Shown here one piece after another: positions 41,584 through 53,431 of a DNA stretch of 64,000 bases. The DNA is taken from positions 192,001 to 256,000 of the forward strand of contig CAWJYV010000004.1 of NCBI GenBank assembly GCA_963847185.1, given 5' to 3'. A program made the position numbers and the translations under genes. A model generated the notes under the pieces. The model had not been told where the DNA came from, did not search any database, and saw nothing but the letters and a program-made list of their open reading frames with translations. Each line of letters starts with the position of its first letter. Within the stretch, counting starts at the first letter, position 1. The stretch is from an uncultured Methanosarcinaceae archaeon. GTDB lineage: Archaea > Halobacteriota > Methanosarcinia > Methanosarcinales > Methanosarcinaceae.

Positions 41584-42345
41584 TTACATTACGGTTTCAG
41601 TGATAATTTCCATGTGGCCCTCTGAAAATACTCTGGACACCCTGATATTCCAGTTTTCATCTGAATTTTCTTTTTCTGCCTGAATCAGGTTATAGCTCTG
41701 TGTGGTTTTACCTCTGGTCTTGGAAGAACAAAATGTGCCTGCATTTACTACAAGCATATTGTTGAGATGCCAGACATGAGGAATGTGGCAGTGCCCGCAG
41801 AGAACAAGATTCACATTGCAGCGGTTCAGAAGTTCGAGCACATCCCCTGCGTCTACGAGTACGGTATTCTCCCTGCCTGCCAGAGGAATGGGAATAAGGT
41901 GGTGGTGAACTGCAAAAACTTTAAAGTCCTCTCTTGAAAAAGCCTCTTTGATCCAGCCGTAGTTTTCTCTGCCTATATGACCTTCATTAAGATCAGGTTG
42001 TGAAGAATCAGCCCCGACTACCGTAACCTCCCTGAAATTTTGGGAAGAAAACCTGTTTTCAAAAAGGTCTTCAAAGTGTAGATAACCTGCGTTTTTAGAG
42101 TCATGGTTTCCGGGAACAAGGACCTTGTTTTTACATTCAATCCTGTCAATAAACCGCTTAACTCCATTATATTCGGCTGCAAAGCCGTTTTCTGTCAGAT
42201 CCCCTGTAATTACCACAATGTCAGGTTTCAACAGGTTTATGCTGTCCAGCATGGAATTGGCAATTTCCGGAATAAAATAAGCATCTGAGTAATGAATATC
42301 TGAAAGATGTACAATCTGTATGAGATTATTCTGGTTAGTGAACAA
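41584..42345 (-). CDS. Metallophosphoesterase (CpdA/Icc-like)
   Basis: SDIH, TGDLT, PGNHD, HHH, GHCH. Confidence 0.92.
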   Translation of the reverse strand: MFTNQNNLIQIVHLSDIHYSDAYFIPEIANSMLDSINLLKPDIVVITGDLTENGFAAEYNGVKRFIDRIECKNKVLVPGNHDSKNAGYLHFEDLFENRFSSQNFREVTVVGADSSQPDLNEGHIGRENYGWIKEAFSREDFKVFAVHHHLIPIPLAGRENTVLVDAGDVLELLNRCNVNLVLCGHCHIPHVWHLNNMLVVNAGTFCSSKTRGKTTQSYNLIQAEKENSDENWNIRVSRVFSEGHMEIITETVM

Positions 42346-43037
42346 AATTTATTCCTTCTTTATTTCCTTTTGGCTTTCATTAATTTATATTTAATGCCTA
42401 AACTTTTATTAGACAATTAAGCCATCGATAACTATATATTTGAGTTATAATCAGCTGATCGCCGCAACTCAAGAATTCTAATAAACTTGGGTATGTTAGC
42501 TAATTTTTTCAACTATGTAGACTACACAACCCTGACTCAATCACAAAAGATGTTATTAATAAATATATCTATAAACTGCAGAAATATCACAGGAGATCAA
42601 TGAAAAAAGAGAGTATGATAAATACTATTATTATAGCTCTGAGATTCTCTCGTAACTGAAAATTTTCAGAAAATGAGAGGTTCAAAAAAATAAAAATTAA
42701 ATCTGTCGATTTATTTTATGTCTGTAATTAATGGGCGACAAGAAAATTCCTTTTGAAGACGATATAAGTCTATATATCTCAGCGTGACAGGGCGTTACAC
42801 ATGATTTATGGAAGTCAGGTGAGGAGTATCAAATATTACAGTAAATAACTCTAACAGGTCACTGATTAGAAGATAGGTTTTGGTACATTGCATGTTGGAT
42901 GTGGAATTGAGGAGAATATAGCAGATTGATGTAAGGATTGAAGCATAACATCTGAGGAGCGTTGAACTTTATGCTCCATGCAATAGTATAAAAATAATAT
43001 AAATGTTTAAATGTAATAACTTTTGATTTTTATTAGT

Positions 43038-43568
43038 ATGAAAACCCCAACAGTATATTTAGTAAGTATTCTGCTTCTTCTATCTTTTCTAGTGGGATGT
43101 GCCAGTGCATCGTTTACTGGCTATACTCCACATGAAGGAAATACCTGGTGGGTCGGAGCAGACGGTCAGAAAATAGTACTCTCGAATAATAATTCTGCAA
43201 AGAATCCCACTTATTCTCAGCTTCTTACATTCTTGAAGAAGGATACAACAGATAAGCGTAAATATGTTTCTGGAAAGTACACCTGTGGAGATTTCGCGGA
43301 AACTGTTCATAACAATATGGAAAAAGCAGGTTACAAATGTGCCTGGGTTACCATTCCTTCAATCAATCATGTATGTAATGCAGTCCAGACCAGAGACAAA
43401 GGATTAGTTTTCATAGATTGTACCGGAGTTCCTTCAGGCTCGAATAAATGTTATGACACAAAAGTTTCGGTAGCCAAAGGAAAACCGTATAAAAGGGTCT
43501 CTTTGTTTTGCAGTAATGTTCGTTTTGGAAGCATGGGAACCGTGAAAAGCTACAAGATATACTGGTGA
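43038..43568 (+). CDS. Secreted hypothetical protein with a putative Cys-His-Asp triad
   Basis: Signal peptide; YTCGDFA..NHVCNA..FIDCTG. Confidence 0.75.
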   Translation: MKTPTVYLVSILLLLSFLVGCASASFTGYTPHEGNTWWVGADGQKIVLSNNNSAKNPTYSQLLTFLKKDTTDKRKYVSGKYTCGDFAETVHNNMEKAGYKCAWVTIPSINHVCNAVQTRDKGLVFIDCTGVPSGSNKCYDTKVSVAKGKPYKRVSLFCSNVRFGSMGTVKSYKIYW

Positions 43569-43625
43569 TGTGGTTTATTCAAACCACCTTATTTTTTATA
43601 TTTTCGTGCAATGTAGTTAAAATGG

Positions 43626-43919
43626 TTATCTCTTCACGCGTCTGATTAGATTTGCTCTAATTAATGCACGGGTGTCCGTAGGGGATATTGGAATTGGTTC
43701 ATCTCTTGTCCATAATTTATATGGCATTCCCCCACGGCTTTTAATGCCACTGATTGACACGTATATATCATCACTGATCCATTTTCCTACAATCTCTTTC
43801 TTCTCAGATCCTCCATAAGACCTGATAACTTCTGCAGGCTCACTGGTCTCAAAATCAGAAGCCCTTTTTCTCCACTCCGATTTTACACTCTTCCTCGGTT
43901 CTTTTGTGTTATGTGGCAT
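43626..43919 (-). CDS. Small basic hypothetical protein
   Basis: ORF from MPHNTKEP; no family recognised. Confidence 0.6.
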   Translation of the reverse strand: MPHNTKEPRKSVKSEWRKRASDFETSEPAEVIRSYGGSEKKEIVGKWISDDIYVSISGIKSRGGMPYKLWTRDEPIPISPTDTRALIRANLIRRVKR

Positions 43920-44110
43920 AATAAACACAACAAATAGATGCACAAACATGATCATATATTATTTCAGTTCTTTATTTATGAAAAAGTTATTTAAAAAGTA
44001 TTTATAAGTGTGTTGGACCTATCAAATTACTCTAAAAAAGTATCATCTGGCGTATATTGGAAGAATAGTGAATGTGAAGTATATCCATGCAAGCGATATA
44101 GAACTTTTAG

Positions 44111-44287
44111 TTATTCAATAACTTTCTTTTCGGGGATGGTCACTGGAGTATGCTCAAGAAGATTTATCACTTCCTCACACGCTTTGATTTCCCCCTCTGC
44201 ACAGGCTTTTCTAAGTTCTGCTTCCATCATTTTTTGCCTGCATTTATTCAACATTTCGATTTTTTGATCTTCTGTCATTAAAGTCAT
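44111..44287 (-). CDS. Small hypothetical protein (58 aa, coiled-coil-like)
   Basis: MTLMTEDQKIEMLNKCRQKMMEAELRKACAEGEIKACEEVINLLEHTPVTIPEKKVIE; shorter than any ORF in the track. Confidence 0.55.
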   Translation of the reverse strand: MTLMTEDQKIEMLNKCRQKMMEAELRKACAEGEIKACEEVINLLEHTPVTIPEKKVIE

Positions 44288-44620
44288 TTATCCAACACAT
44301 TACAAAAAACGACAGACTTGGATTTATAGGACTCGATTACAGGCATTTATATTAAAAAGGTAATAGAAATAGTTCAGGAAAGGTACACTGTCAAGTATTC
44401 GATTCAAATTCACCACAATTTTATCAGTTAGGGTGTAATCATATAATATATACACCTGAAATAAATAAAAAGTTAAAGAATACCAGAGCAGGTATGAGTT
44501 GAAATTTACGATTTTTTACTTATGTGCATAAATATACTTAGTCCACTTGAACAAGCAAAGCGAGCGAAACAGGTCGCTCAACAGCTAATACATAAAAATA
44601 TATTGATTCTCTTAACCAAA

Positions 44621-44752
44621 AATTAGTCCTCTTGAGCGAAGCGAAAAGGACCTCGTGCTGTTGCGATTGCATCGCAACTCCCAGAAAATCTCCGATTTCC
44701 TGTGATCCCGAAGCGAAACTCGGGAGGCGAAACTCGGGAGGAGCAACTCGGG
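44621..44752 (+). repeat. Dispersed palindromic element, longer copy
   Basis: GTCCT..GCGAAGC..AGGAC stem, GTTGCGAT/ATCGCAAC stem, CCCGA..TCGGG stem with AACTCGGG x3. Confidence 0.75.
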
Positions 44753-44875
44753 CAACAAATAATTTAATAATGAGTTATGACTATTCACCTACGTTTCAGC
44801 ATCATATTTCAGTATCATACGTTTCAGCATTATTCTTACATTTTCATTTAATTTGTTTCTAATCAAGGTGAACTT

Positions 44876-46210
44876 ATGTCTTTAGCAAATCTAAGAACAC
44901 ATTATACAGCCGACATCAAGCCCGAAATGGTTGAAAACGGCCAGAAAATTACCCTTGCAGGCTGGGTCCATGAAGTAAGGGACCTCGGAGGAATCTGTTT
45001 TGTAGTGCTCAGGGACCGGGAAGGAAAAGCTCAGGTCACTCTTGTAAAGAAAAAAATTGACAAAGAACTCTTTGACACTGCAAAAAGACTTGTCCGTGAG
45101 TCCGTAATTACAGTAACAGGGTCTGTCAAGTTTGAAGAAAAAGCTCCGAACGGATATGAACTTCTTCCTGATGAGATCACTGTCCTGAATATTGCAGGCT
45201 CTCCACTTCCAATGGACACTACAGGGAAGGTAGATGCCGATCTTGATACCAGGCTTGACTCCCGCTTTATCGACCTCAGAAGGTCAGAGTCAACGGCAGT
45301 TTTCAAGATAAGGCACCAGGCTCTCCAGGCCATCAGGGAATACTTCGTGAAAAATAACTTTATCGAAACCGCAACTCCAAAGGTTGTAGCAACTGCAACC
45401 GAAGGTGGAACTGCACTCTTCCCTATAACCTACTTTGATAGGGAAGCTTTCCTGAACCAGAGTCCTCAGCTTTTCAAACAGATCCTCATGAGCGGCGGGT
45501 TTGACAGAGTCTTTGAAATAGGTCCTATCTTCAGGGCAGAAGAACACGATACCCGCAGACACTTAAACGAAGCTACTTCTATCGACGTTGAGGTTAGCTT
45601 TGCAGACCATTTCGATGTAATGGAAATTCTGGAAAATCTTGTAGCTTATGTCTACACTCAAATTGTTGAAAAGTGTAAGCCTTCTCTTGAAGCTCTCGGC
45701 GTTGAACTGAAAGTTCCAAAGACACCTTTCCTGAAGCTTACCTATGATGAGGTAATAGAGATCATAAATGCCCACTCTGAAGAAAAAATGCACTGGGGGG
45801 ATGATCTCGGTACTCTGGGTGAGCACATTGTTGGAGATTATGTCTTTGAGACTACAGGCGAATCTCATTATTTCATTATTGACTGGCCCACGGAGATTAA
45901 GCCGTTCTACGCAATGCCTTATGAGGACAGGTCTGAGTTCAGCAAGTCTTTTGACATGATGCACCGCACAATGGAACTTTCTTCAGGAGCTCAGCGTATC
46001 CACATTCCTGATTTGCTTAAACGCAGAATAGAATCCCAGGGCCTGAACCCTGACGGCTTTGAGTTCTATTTGAAGGCTTTCGAATACGGCATGCCGCCAC
46101 ACGCAGGTTGGGGTATGGGCTGTGAACGCTTTGTTATGACGATGCTTGGAACTGACAATATAAGGGATACCGTGCTCTTCCCGAGGGACAGGAGAAGACT
46201 TTCTCCCTGA
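44876..46210 (+). CDS. aspS: Archaeal-type aspartyl-tRNA synthetase
   Basis: [13 protein letters not shown]-fold, [28 protein letters not shown]. Confidence 0.97.
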   Translation: MSLANLRTHYTADIKPEMVENGQKITLAGWVHEVRDLGGICFVVLRDREGKAQVTLVKKKIDKELFDTAKRLVRESVITVTGSVKFEEKAPNGYELLPDEITVLNIAGSPLPMDTTGKVDADLDTRLDSRFIDLRRSESTAVFKIRHQALQAIREYFVKNNFIETATPKVVATATEGGTALFPITYFDREAFLNQSPQLFKQILMSGGFDRVFEIGPIFRAEEHDTRRHLNEATSIDVEVSFADHFDVMEILENLVAYVYTQIVEKCKPSLEALGVELKVPKTPFLKLTYDEVIEIINAHSEEKMHWGDDLGTLGEHIVGDYVFETTGESHYFIIDWPTEIKPFYAMPYEDRSEFSKSFDMMHRTMELSSGAQRIHIPDLLKRRIESQGLNPDGFEFYLKAFEYGMPPHAGWGMGCERFVMTMLGTDNIRDTVLFPRDRRRLSP

Positions 46211-46320
46211 AATCCCTCTCTTTTTATTTTGAGAATTTTTCCATTTTTAAACTTTTTACATTTTTTTCAGAATTTGAATGGAAGGAAACAAATTTCAGGA
46301 TTCGAATGGAAGGAACCATA

Positions 46321-47019
46321 ATGACAGAACGGAATGCATCCGCTGAGTCTGCGGAAAAACGTGCAGCTGGAATTGCAGCTTCTCAAATTGTAAAATCGGG
46401 AATGATAGTCGGGCTTGGAACAGGTTCAACAGTTGCATACACCATAAAAGAACTTGGAAGAAGAGTCAGGGAAGAAGGGCTTGAGATCCTGGGTGTTGTT
46501 ACTTCGTACCAGTCTGAAATGCTTGCAATAGAAGCCGGCATTCCCCTGACCACCCTTGCACAGCACCCTGAGCTCGATCTCGCTATTGATGGAGCTGACC
46601 AGATAGATTCAAATATGTATGCAATCAAAGGCGGAGGAGCAGCCCATACAAGGGAAAAAATAGTGTCGGTTTCTGCTAAACGTTTTCTTGTTGTAGCCGA
46701 CGAGTCAAAAACGAGCTTGCAGCTTGATAAGGCCGTACCAGTCGAGGTTCTGCCCTTTGCAAAGGAACTTGTGATCAGGAAGATACGAGAACTCGGTGGA
46801 AAACCTGAATTGAGGCTTGCTTTAAGAAAAGACGGGCCTGTAATAACTGACAATGGAAACTTCATACTTGATTCAGGTTTTGGTACAATAGAGGACCCGG
46901 AAACCCTTGCTCTTAAATTATCTTCAATTCCAGGGGTTGTTGAACATGGGATTTTTTCCAATGCGACTGAACTTTATATAGGAAAGAAAGACGGGTCAGT
47001 AGAAATAATCAGGAAATAA
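46321..47019 (+). CDS. rpiA: Ribose-5-phosphate isomerase A
   Basis: [30 protein letters not shown]. Confidence 0.96.
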   Translation: MTERNASAESAEKRAAGIAASQIVKSGMIVGLGTGSTVAYTIKELGRRVREEGLEILGVVTSYQSEMLAIEAGIPLTTLAQHPELDLAIDGADQIDSNMYAIKGGGAAHTREKIVSVSAKRFLVVADESKTSLQLDKAVPVEVLPFAKELVIRKIRELGGKPELRLALRKDGPVITDNGNFILDSGFGTIEDPETLALKLSSIPGVVEHGIFSNATELYIGKKDGSVEIIRK

Positions 47020-47406
47020 TCGTCCAAATGTGTTCATAGTAAAAACATGTAGTAAGTAAAGAAAAACGAAGTGGTAAAATCGTTCATATTCTTTGAGAAG
47101 GACAGGTCTTAGGAATATGAATAACAGATGACTGCCTATTTATTCCTTTAGAATTTGATACTAGAATCTAACACGGAAACAGAGTTTTATCTTTATGAAT
47201 CGGCGTTTAGTACCGCTATATTTTTATAGAAGTATTATCAGTAATTTCCTGATCAAATAAACTTTGTATAAGGCATACTTTGCGTAAGATTATTCCATAA
47301 ATCACGTTTTCATGTAGATCTCTGGTTAATAATAACCTGACAGGTTCAAATTATCAAGTAAAACTCTTCAACACACATACTATCTTTTAAGGAGGTTTTG
47401 GTTTCC

Positions 47407-49047
47407 ATGAATAGAGCAGGCCAGCCAATAATAATAGTAGATCCTAGAAAAGAACAGACAAAGGGAAAAGAAACACTCAGTATGAATATTGCTGCCGCAA
47501 AGGCAGTGGCCAGCATAGTCAAGAGTACTCTCGGGCCGAGAGGTATGGACAAGATGCTCGTCAACTCTCTTGGGGATATAACTATCACGAATGATGGCGC
47601 TACTATTTTACACGATATGTCCATCGAGCATCCGGCTGCCAAGATGGTGGCTGAGGTTGCTCAGTCTCTTGAAGATTCCGCAGGAGATGGGACTACAAGT
47701 GCTGTTGTTTTCACAGGCGCTCTGCTGGAAAAGGCAGAAAACCTCATTGAAAATGGGGTTCACCCTACAGTTATTGTTAAAGGATACAGGCTCGCAGCTG
47801 AGAAGGCTGTTGAGATTCTGGAGAACCTGGCAGTTGCAACCGGCGAGAATAAAGAGCTTCTTCTTAAAGCTGCCAAAACTTCGATTACAGGCAAAGCTTC
47901 TGAAAAGTATAGTAGCCTGATTTCCAAACTCTGTGTAGATGCTGTGCTTGCTATTCGCCAGGAAGGAAAAATTGACCTCAAGGATATAATCCTTGTAAAA
48001 GACATTGGCGGCAAGATGGAAGAAACCGAATTTGTGGAAGGCATTGTGATTGATAAGGTTGCCCTGGAAAAAGAAATGCCCAACAAAATAGAGAATCCAA
48101 AGATCGCGCTTATCGACACCCCTATGGAAGTCAACAAGACTGCAAACAAAGCAAAACTTCAGATCAGCTCTGTAGGAGATATAGAGTATTTCTTAAAGCA
48201 AGAGGAAGCAGCTCTTTTCGAGATGGCAGACTATATCATCAGGACAGGTGCAAATGCTGTCTTCTGTTCCAAGGGCATGGATGACAAGATCGCAGCCTAC
48301 CTGAAGAAACACGGAATTTATGCCACCCGCAGGGTCAAAAATGAGGATATGCAGCATCTTGCTGATGCCACAGGCGGAGTACCTGTAAGAAATATAAAGG
48401 AACTTACTGAAAAGGAACTGGGACATGCAGGCCTCCTTGAACAGGACCGGGACGGCGACCAGGGTAAAACCTACCTTAGAGACTGCAAAGGCGCAAAATC
48501 CGTATCAATTGTCATTCGCGGCGGAACCGAACATGTAGTTGATAACGTTGAACGCGCAATTGATGATGCCCTAAAAGTAGTGAAATGCGTTGTTGAAGAC
48601 GGCAAAGTTGTTGCAGGAGGCGGGGCTTCGGAAATAGAACTTGCACTTGAACTTCGCTCATGCTCCACAAGCGTAGGTGGCCGTGAACAGATGGCAATCA
48701 GGGCTTTTGCAGATGCTCTTGAAGAAATCCCAAGGACAATTGCCAGAAACTCAGGCCTGGACACCATTGACTCCCTTGTGAATCTCAGAGCAAAGCACTC
48801 AGAGAACAAAAATGCAGGCTTGAACGTCTACACAGGCGCTGCAGAAGACATGCTTGAAAAGGGCATTGTTGATCCCCTCAGAGTAAAAGTCAATACCATT
48901 AAGGCAGGTTCCGAGGCAGCAGTAATGGTGCTTCGTGTGGACAATATGCTTCGTGCCCAGAGTGCCGATATGCAGAATGTCAAGCCAGAGCATATGGCAA
49001 GCACTTACGATGGCATGTCAGCACCTGCACTTAACATGCACAGGTAA
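47407..49047 (+). CDS. Thermosome (group II chaperonin) subunit
   Basis: [33 protein letters not shown]. Confidence 0.95.
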   Translation: MNRAGQPIIIVDPRKEQTKGKETLSMNIAAAKAVASIVKSTLGPRGMDKMLVNSLGDITITNDGATILHDMSIEHPAAKMVAEVAQSLEDSAGDGTTSAVVFTGALLEKAENLIENGVHPTVIVKGYRLAAEKAVEILENLAVATGENKELLLKAAKTSITGKASEKYSSLISKLCVDAVLAIRQEGKIDLKDIILVKDIGGKMEETEFVEGIVIDKVALEKEMPNKIENPKIALIDTPMEVNKTANKAKLQISSVGDIEYFLKQEEAALFEMADYIIRTGANAVFCSKGMDDKIAAYLKKHGIYATRRVKNEDMQHLADATGGVPVRNIKELTEKELGHAGLLEQDRDGDQGKTYLRDCKGAKSVSIVIRGGTEHVVDNVERAIDDALKVVKCVVEDGKVVAGGGASEIELALELRSCSTSVGGREQMAIRAFADALEEIPRTIARNSGLDTIDSLVNLRAKHSENKNAGLNVYTGAAEDMLEKGIVDPLRVKVNTIKAGSEAAVMVLRVDNMLRAQSADMQNVKPEHMASTYDGMSAPALNMHR

Positions 49048-49547
49048 AATCCATTGATACTGTCTAGAGAATAAGTACGCTTCAAGAAGCAGACAAAATA
49101 TCGGTGGCAAGAAACGAAGTAAAAATGAGTACTTTTTCTTCTGCTGCCTTTATTTATTCTACTCAAAATTTTTTACCCTAATTCTTCAGTTTCCGTTTTT
49201 CCGATTTTTTCTACGCGTAAATTTTGATGGTCAAGAAACCATTTTTTTTCGTCTGGGGCTTTGTTGAATTTTTAGTCTTTTTATATCGCTTCTTTACTTC
49301 AATTTCATTGACCAGCTGTTTGATGATTTATTGTTGATTATTAAAGCAATCAGTAAAAATTGCATTATTGGACTATCATTAGACTAAATAACATATATAT
49401 CGAGTTAGGTTAAACTCTATTTTGAGTGGAATTTTTTTGTAAGTCTGAAGTCTAAACTCTAAATACAGTCGGGATCAATAATTCAACTTACCAGATCAAT
49501 TCCCATAGCTGATATTTATCCTTGTTCTTGGAACGAGTACTTCGGGG

Positions 49548-50537
49548 TTGTTGAAGATATACTGCAGTAAGTGCGGACTTAAAGTAAACCCAGATGATTT
49601 TTTTTGCTCAGGTTGTGGGAAGAAGCTTAAAAACAAATCTGAGAATGAAGAGTATGAGTCCTTCACATCTGCTTTCAGAGAAACCAGTGCGACAGAACCG
49701 ACGGACTATTCAGATAAGCAAAAAACATCGATTTTTAATTACTTTCCAAAAAATATCTGGATCATAGTTTTAATTTCTTTTTTTGGATGCCTGTTGATTT
49801 TTTGCTCGACTTTTATTCTTGTATCTGATCAGTATCTGTATGGTAACAGTTCGGATGCACAGGCGAAACAACAGGAGGAAAGAAATATCCAGATATGTGA
49901 GCAGATTGCAGCTACTTATTATGAGAGCCATACTTATGCAGAAGATGATATTTACGACTGCGATAACATGGCCCAGGATATCTGGAATATGCTGAAAGCG
50001 AAGGGAATTAATGCAAAAATAGCAGTTGGAAATTTCGATCCCGTAACTCAAAGCAAAATCGGAGAAGGAAAACCCCCACTTGAAAATTTGAACTCAGGAA
50101 AACCGGGAAAAATTAAACCCTGCAATTATAAATACCAGGACTCAGGCTTGGTTAATTCCAGTGCAATTGACAATTTAACTCATGCATGGATTCTGGCTGA
50201 AGTTTCTCCAGACTCATGGTTAGCTATCGAATGTACAGGAGGATATGTTGTCTATAGCGAAGAAGAAGAAAATTACTATCACGGTTTAACCTTTAATAAT
50301 CCTAAAAATTATAGAAGTTTCCTTGAGCTTTATCGCGATTGGAAGAAGGAGACAATTGACTATGAAAGCGAGAGATTATACTATAACAAACTTGTAGCAA
50401 CATATAACAATGCAAGTTATTCTGACCAGGTTGCCACGAAAGGCAGTTTGGAAATTGCTAAAAGCAGATTGAAAGAAAAGGAACAGGTCTTTCTTATAAC
50501 TAATGCCGAACTTATAGCTTTACTCCAGCAGAAGTGA
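49548..50537 (+). CDS. Zinc-ribbon membrane protein with a putative Cys-His-Glu domain
   Basis: CSKCG..FCSGCG, one TM, YDCDNMA..THAWI..AIECTGG. Confidence 0.75.
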   Translation: MLKIYCSKCGLKVNPDDFFCSGCGKKLKNKSENEEYESFTSAFRETSATEPTDYSDKQKTSIFNYFPKNIWIIVLISFFGCLLIFCSTFILVSDQYLYGNSSDAQAKQQEERNIQICEQIAATYYESHTYAEDDIYDCDNMAQDIWNMLKAKGINAKIAVGNFDPVTQSKIGEGKPPLENLNSGKPGKIKPCNYKYQDSGLVNSSAIDNLTHAWILAEVSPDSWLAIECTGGYVVYSEEEENYYHGLTFNNPKNYRSFLELYRDWKKETIDYESERLYYNKLVATYNNASYSDQVATKGSLEIAKSRLKEKEQVFLITNAELIALLQQK

Positions 50538-50627
50538 AAGCAATAAAAATCCTGAGATTCCAAAAATTATTGAAAGTATGAATAGATAATGAGAATAACT
50601 GCTAATAAAAAGTTCTATTCAAATCGG

Positions 50628-51332
50628 TCAGATATCTCCATAAAACTTCCTGTAATCTTCAATTGCCTTTTTGGCCTGTTCAGGAAATTCTGTTTTCAGG
50701 TATTCAATGAATTCGTCCCTTGATTGACTTTCTTTGAGAACCTCAAGTATGCTGGCAGTGAATTTTCTTGATTCTATATTTTCTTTCTGGAGCTCAAAAG
50801 AAAGGCAGAGAGCTTCCTTAGGAAAGTATTTTCTCCGAATCCAGGGAGAGACCGAGCCGAGAAGTACTCCTTCTTTCAGAACACTATAAGCAGGCACCCC
50901 TGTTCTCTCTAATCTATCCTTTCCTGAGAGTTTTTCAAGATTTTCCCGGGAATAGGAATGAAGTTCAATGTAAATCTCAGGTTTTAATTCTTCAATAGCT
51001 TCAAGAATCTTTTTTCCTGTTCCAGGGTAATAAGCCGGATCAAGAGTAGAAATATAGTTTCCGCTGCTCACAAGCGGAATTAAGGCCAAAGTGCCGGTTT
51101 TCGGAGATTTGATACTGTGCAGGATCTCAGTCGTATCCTTCCATTCCTCCCCATGCAGGCCTGCAACAAAGAGACGAACTGGTTTTTCACTGCCGTAAAT
51201 TCTAATTCCGGAATTTGAGTGAGAGTCTGAGCATTCTGAAAATGAATTTGATAGATCCGTACATCTGGATCCATCGGGAAAGGAGCTTTTTGTCCCGTTA
51301 TATTTTATCCCATTACTCTTCATTCGCTTCAA
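50628..51332 (-). CDS. DUF2119-like protein (M14-like Zn-binding motifs)
   Basis: GLHGEEW, YIELHSY. Confidence 0.7.
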   Translation of the reverse strand: MKRMKSNGIKYNGTKSSFPDGSRCTDLSNSFSECSDSHSNSGIRIYGSEKPVRLFVAGLHGEEWKDTTEILHSIKSPKTGTLALIPLVSSGNYISTLDPAYYPGTGKKILEAIEELKPEIYIELHSYSRENLEKLSGKDRLERTGVPAYSVLKEGVLLGSVSPWIRRKYFPKEALCLSFELQKENIESRKFTASILEVLKESQSRDEFIEYLKTEFPEQAKKAIEDYRKFYGDI

Positions 51333-52020
51333 TGCCGCCGTTTTCTATTTCTTTCTCTTCTGAAAGGGGTTTTCTTGCAACCACATAAATTTCCTGTTTT
51401 TCCGAGCTAATCACCTGAAGGATTTCAAGCCCAAGATTCTCAATCTTGCTCAGTATAGGTTTTGGATTCTTCTTTTTTGACATTTTTATGACTTGAAGCA
51501 GTTTTCCCCCGTCTTTAAGGAGAGGAAGTACTCTGGAAAGAGCCTGAATGGAATTTTCAGGTTCAAAGGTCATATCCGATAGGATTACATCAACCGGCAC
51601 TTCAGAAAGAAGATTCAGGGGGATGGTAAAGACATCTCCAAACATTACCTCAACGTTTTCCCTTTCGAATGCGATTTTTCCAAGTTCGCTCCTGAAATCC
51701 CGGCTGAATTCGATTCCTTTTACATGGTCCGCAATCTCAGATGCAAAAAGAAGGAACCCGCCTGCACTGGATCCAAGGTCAAGAACCCTATCTCCTGGTT
51801 TAAGAATTCCGCTTTCCTTCTGAACAAGCTGGAGTTTGAAATATCCCTGGGGCTGGTCCAGGCCCTCAACAACTTCAATTAAATCATCAGTAGATACGTC
51901 TCTGGAAACCTTTGTTACCGCCGTGCCGTTAACCTTGACATTCCCGGCAAGGATAGCACTCTTGGCTCGTCCCCTTGACTTAAAATGGCCCATCTCTACA
52001 AGGTATGCATCCAGTCTCAT
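51313..52020 (-). CDS. S4 + FtsJ-type RNA methyltransferase (TlyA-like)
   Basis: MRLDAYLV..SRGRAK..I..G.V.VNG; LDLGSSAGGF. Confidence 0.88.
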   Translation of the reverse strand: MRLDAYLVEMGHFKSRGRAKSAILAGNVKVNGTAVTKVSRDVSTDDLIEVVEGLDQPQGYFKLQLVQKESGILKPGDRVLDLGSSAGGFLLFASEIADHVKGIEFSRDFRSELGKIAFERENVEVMFGDVFTIPLNLLSEVPVDVILSDMTFEPENSIQALSRVLPLLKDGGKLLQVIKMSKKKNPKPILSKIENLGLEILQVISSEKQEIYVVARKPLSEEKEIENGGIEANEE

Positions 52021-52450
52021 GGGGCATTGTATCGGAAGAGCCTGTATATATAGGTAGCAAGTCTAGAGGTACAGATGCATATATTGGTACAAGTTGAAGG
52101 TTCTCTAAAAGGAAAATGGAGAGCCAAATTTCGAAATTAATTATATTTTTATTATTTATCGGGGGGAAATATTATTTATCGAGAATAAATAGGCATATAT
52201 TTAAGTTACAATTTTATTTATTTTATATTGAGACTCATGCTCGAATCTTCGCCCAATGTTTTACGAAGTATATATAAAGAATAAAACGACGTTTATAATG
52301 CATAAGATTTGTTCATTACATATCGTATCTATTTATAATACATCTCATTTGCTCGAATTTGCCTCATTAGAATCTCTTTAATCAGCAGAAGCTACTTGAC
52401 TTAGATCTTATTCAAACTTCTGCAAACCTATCTGAAAATCCGGTGAAACA

Positions 52451-53431
52451 GTGTATCAGACAATACTTAAAAAGTTCACGTCATTATTTCCCCTCTGGGC
52501 AGTGCTGTTATCTGTAGTAGCATACCTTCGTCCTGAATACTTTGCCCCCCATCAGAACCTTATTGTGCCCTTTTTAAGCCTGATAATGCTCGGAATGGGA
52601 ATTACTCTCTCAGTAAATAGCTTCCTTGAAGTCTTCAAAAAGCCAATGGTAATTTTTCTGGGCACTTTAATGCAGTACACAATCATGCCCCTGGCTGCCT
52701 GGATAGTCTGCCTGGTTCTGAAACTTCCTGCGGATATTGCTGCGGGTGTAATCCTGCTGGGCTGCTGTCCGGGAGGTACGGCTTCAAATGTGATCACCTA
52801 TCTTGCAAAAGCAGATGTGGCACTTTCAATAGTACTTACATCAGTTTCCACGATGCTTGCCTTTCTGGCAACCCCATTCCTTACCTGGCTCTTTATAGGG
52901 CAGACTGTGGATGTGGATGTCACGGGCATGCTCGTGAGCGTGGTAAAGATCGTAATCGTGCCTGTAGTGCTTGGGCTTTTAATCAGTTATTTCTTTGAAA
53001 AACAGATAGGAGCAGTCAAAGAGGTTTTTCCGGCAATTTCAGCTGCCGCTATCGTAATTATCATTGCCGTGATTATAGGCACCAATAGCGAAAACCTTGC
53101 ACACAGTGGTCCTTTAGTTTTGCTGGCTGTGATCCTGCATAACGGCCTTGGTCTGGCAGGCGGCTACTGGGTTTCAAAAGCCCTGAAACTCAGTGAAACC
53201 GAAGCAAGAACCATTTCAATTGAGGTCGGAATGCAAAACTCTGGCCTTAGCGTCGCTCTTGCAATAAAATATTTCACAGCTACAGCAGCTCTTCCGGGCG
53301 CTATCTTCAGCATATGGCATAACCTGTCCGGAGCCTTCCTTGCAGGACACTGGTCAAAACAAAATATCTCAAATCCCGATGAAAGTGAGAGACCCAAAAA
53401 AATGGGCAACTATAGTAAGAAATTGGGGTGA
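52451..53431 (+). CDS. Bile acid:sodium symporter (BASS) family transporter
   Basis: GCCPGGTASNV, IEVGMQNSGL. Confidence 0.92.
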   Translation: MYQTILKKFTSLFPLWAVLLSVVAYLRPEYFAPHQNLIVPFLSLIMLGMGITLSVNSFLEVFKKPMVIFLGTLMQYTIMPLAAWIVCLVLKLPADIAAGVILLGCCPGGTASNVITYLAKADVALSIVLTSVSTMLAFLATPFLTWLFIGQTVDVDVTGMLVSVVKIVIVPVVLGLLISYFFEKQIGAVKEVFPAISAAAIVIIIAVIIGTNSENLAHSGPLVLLAVILHNGLGLAGGYWVSKALKLSETEARTISIEVGMQNSGLSVALAIKYFTATAALPGAIFSIWHNLSGAFLAGHWSKQNISNPDESERPKKMGNYSKKLG

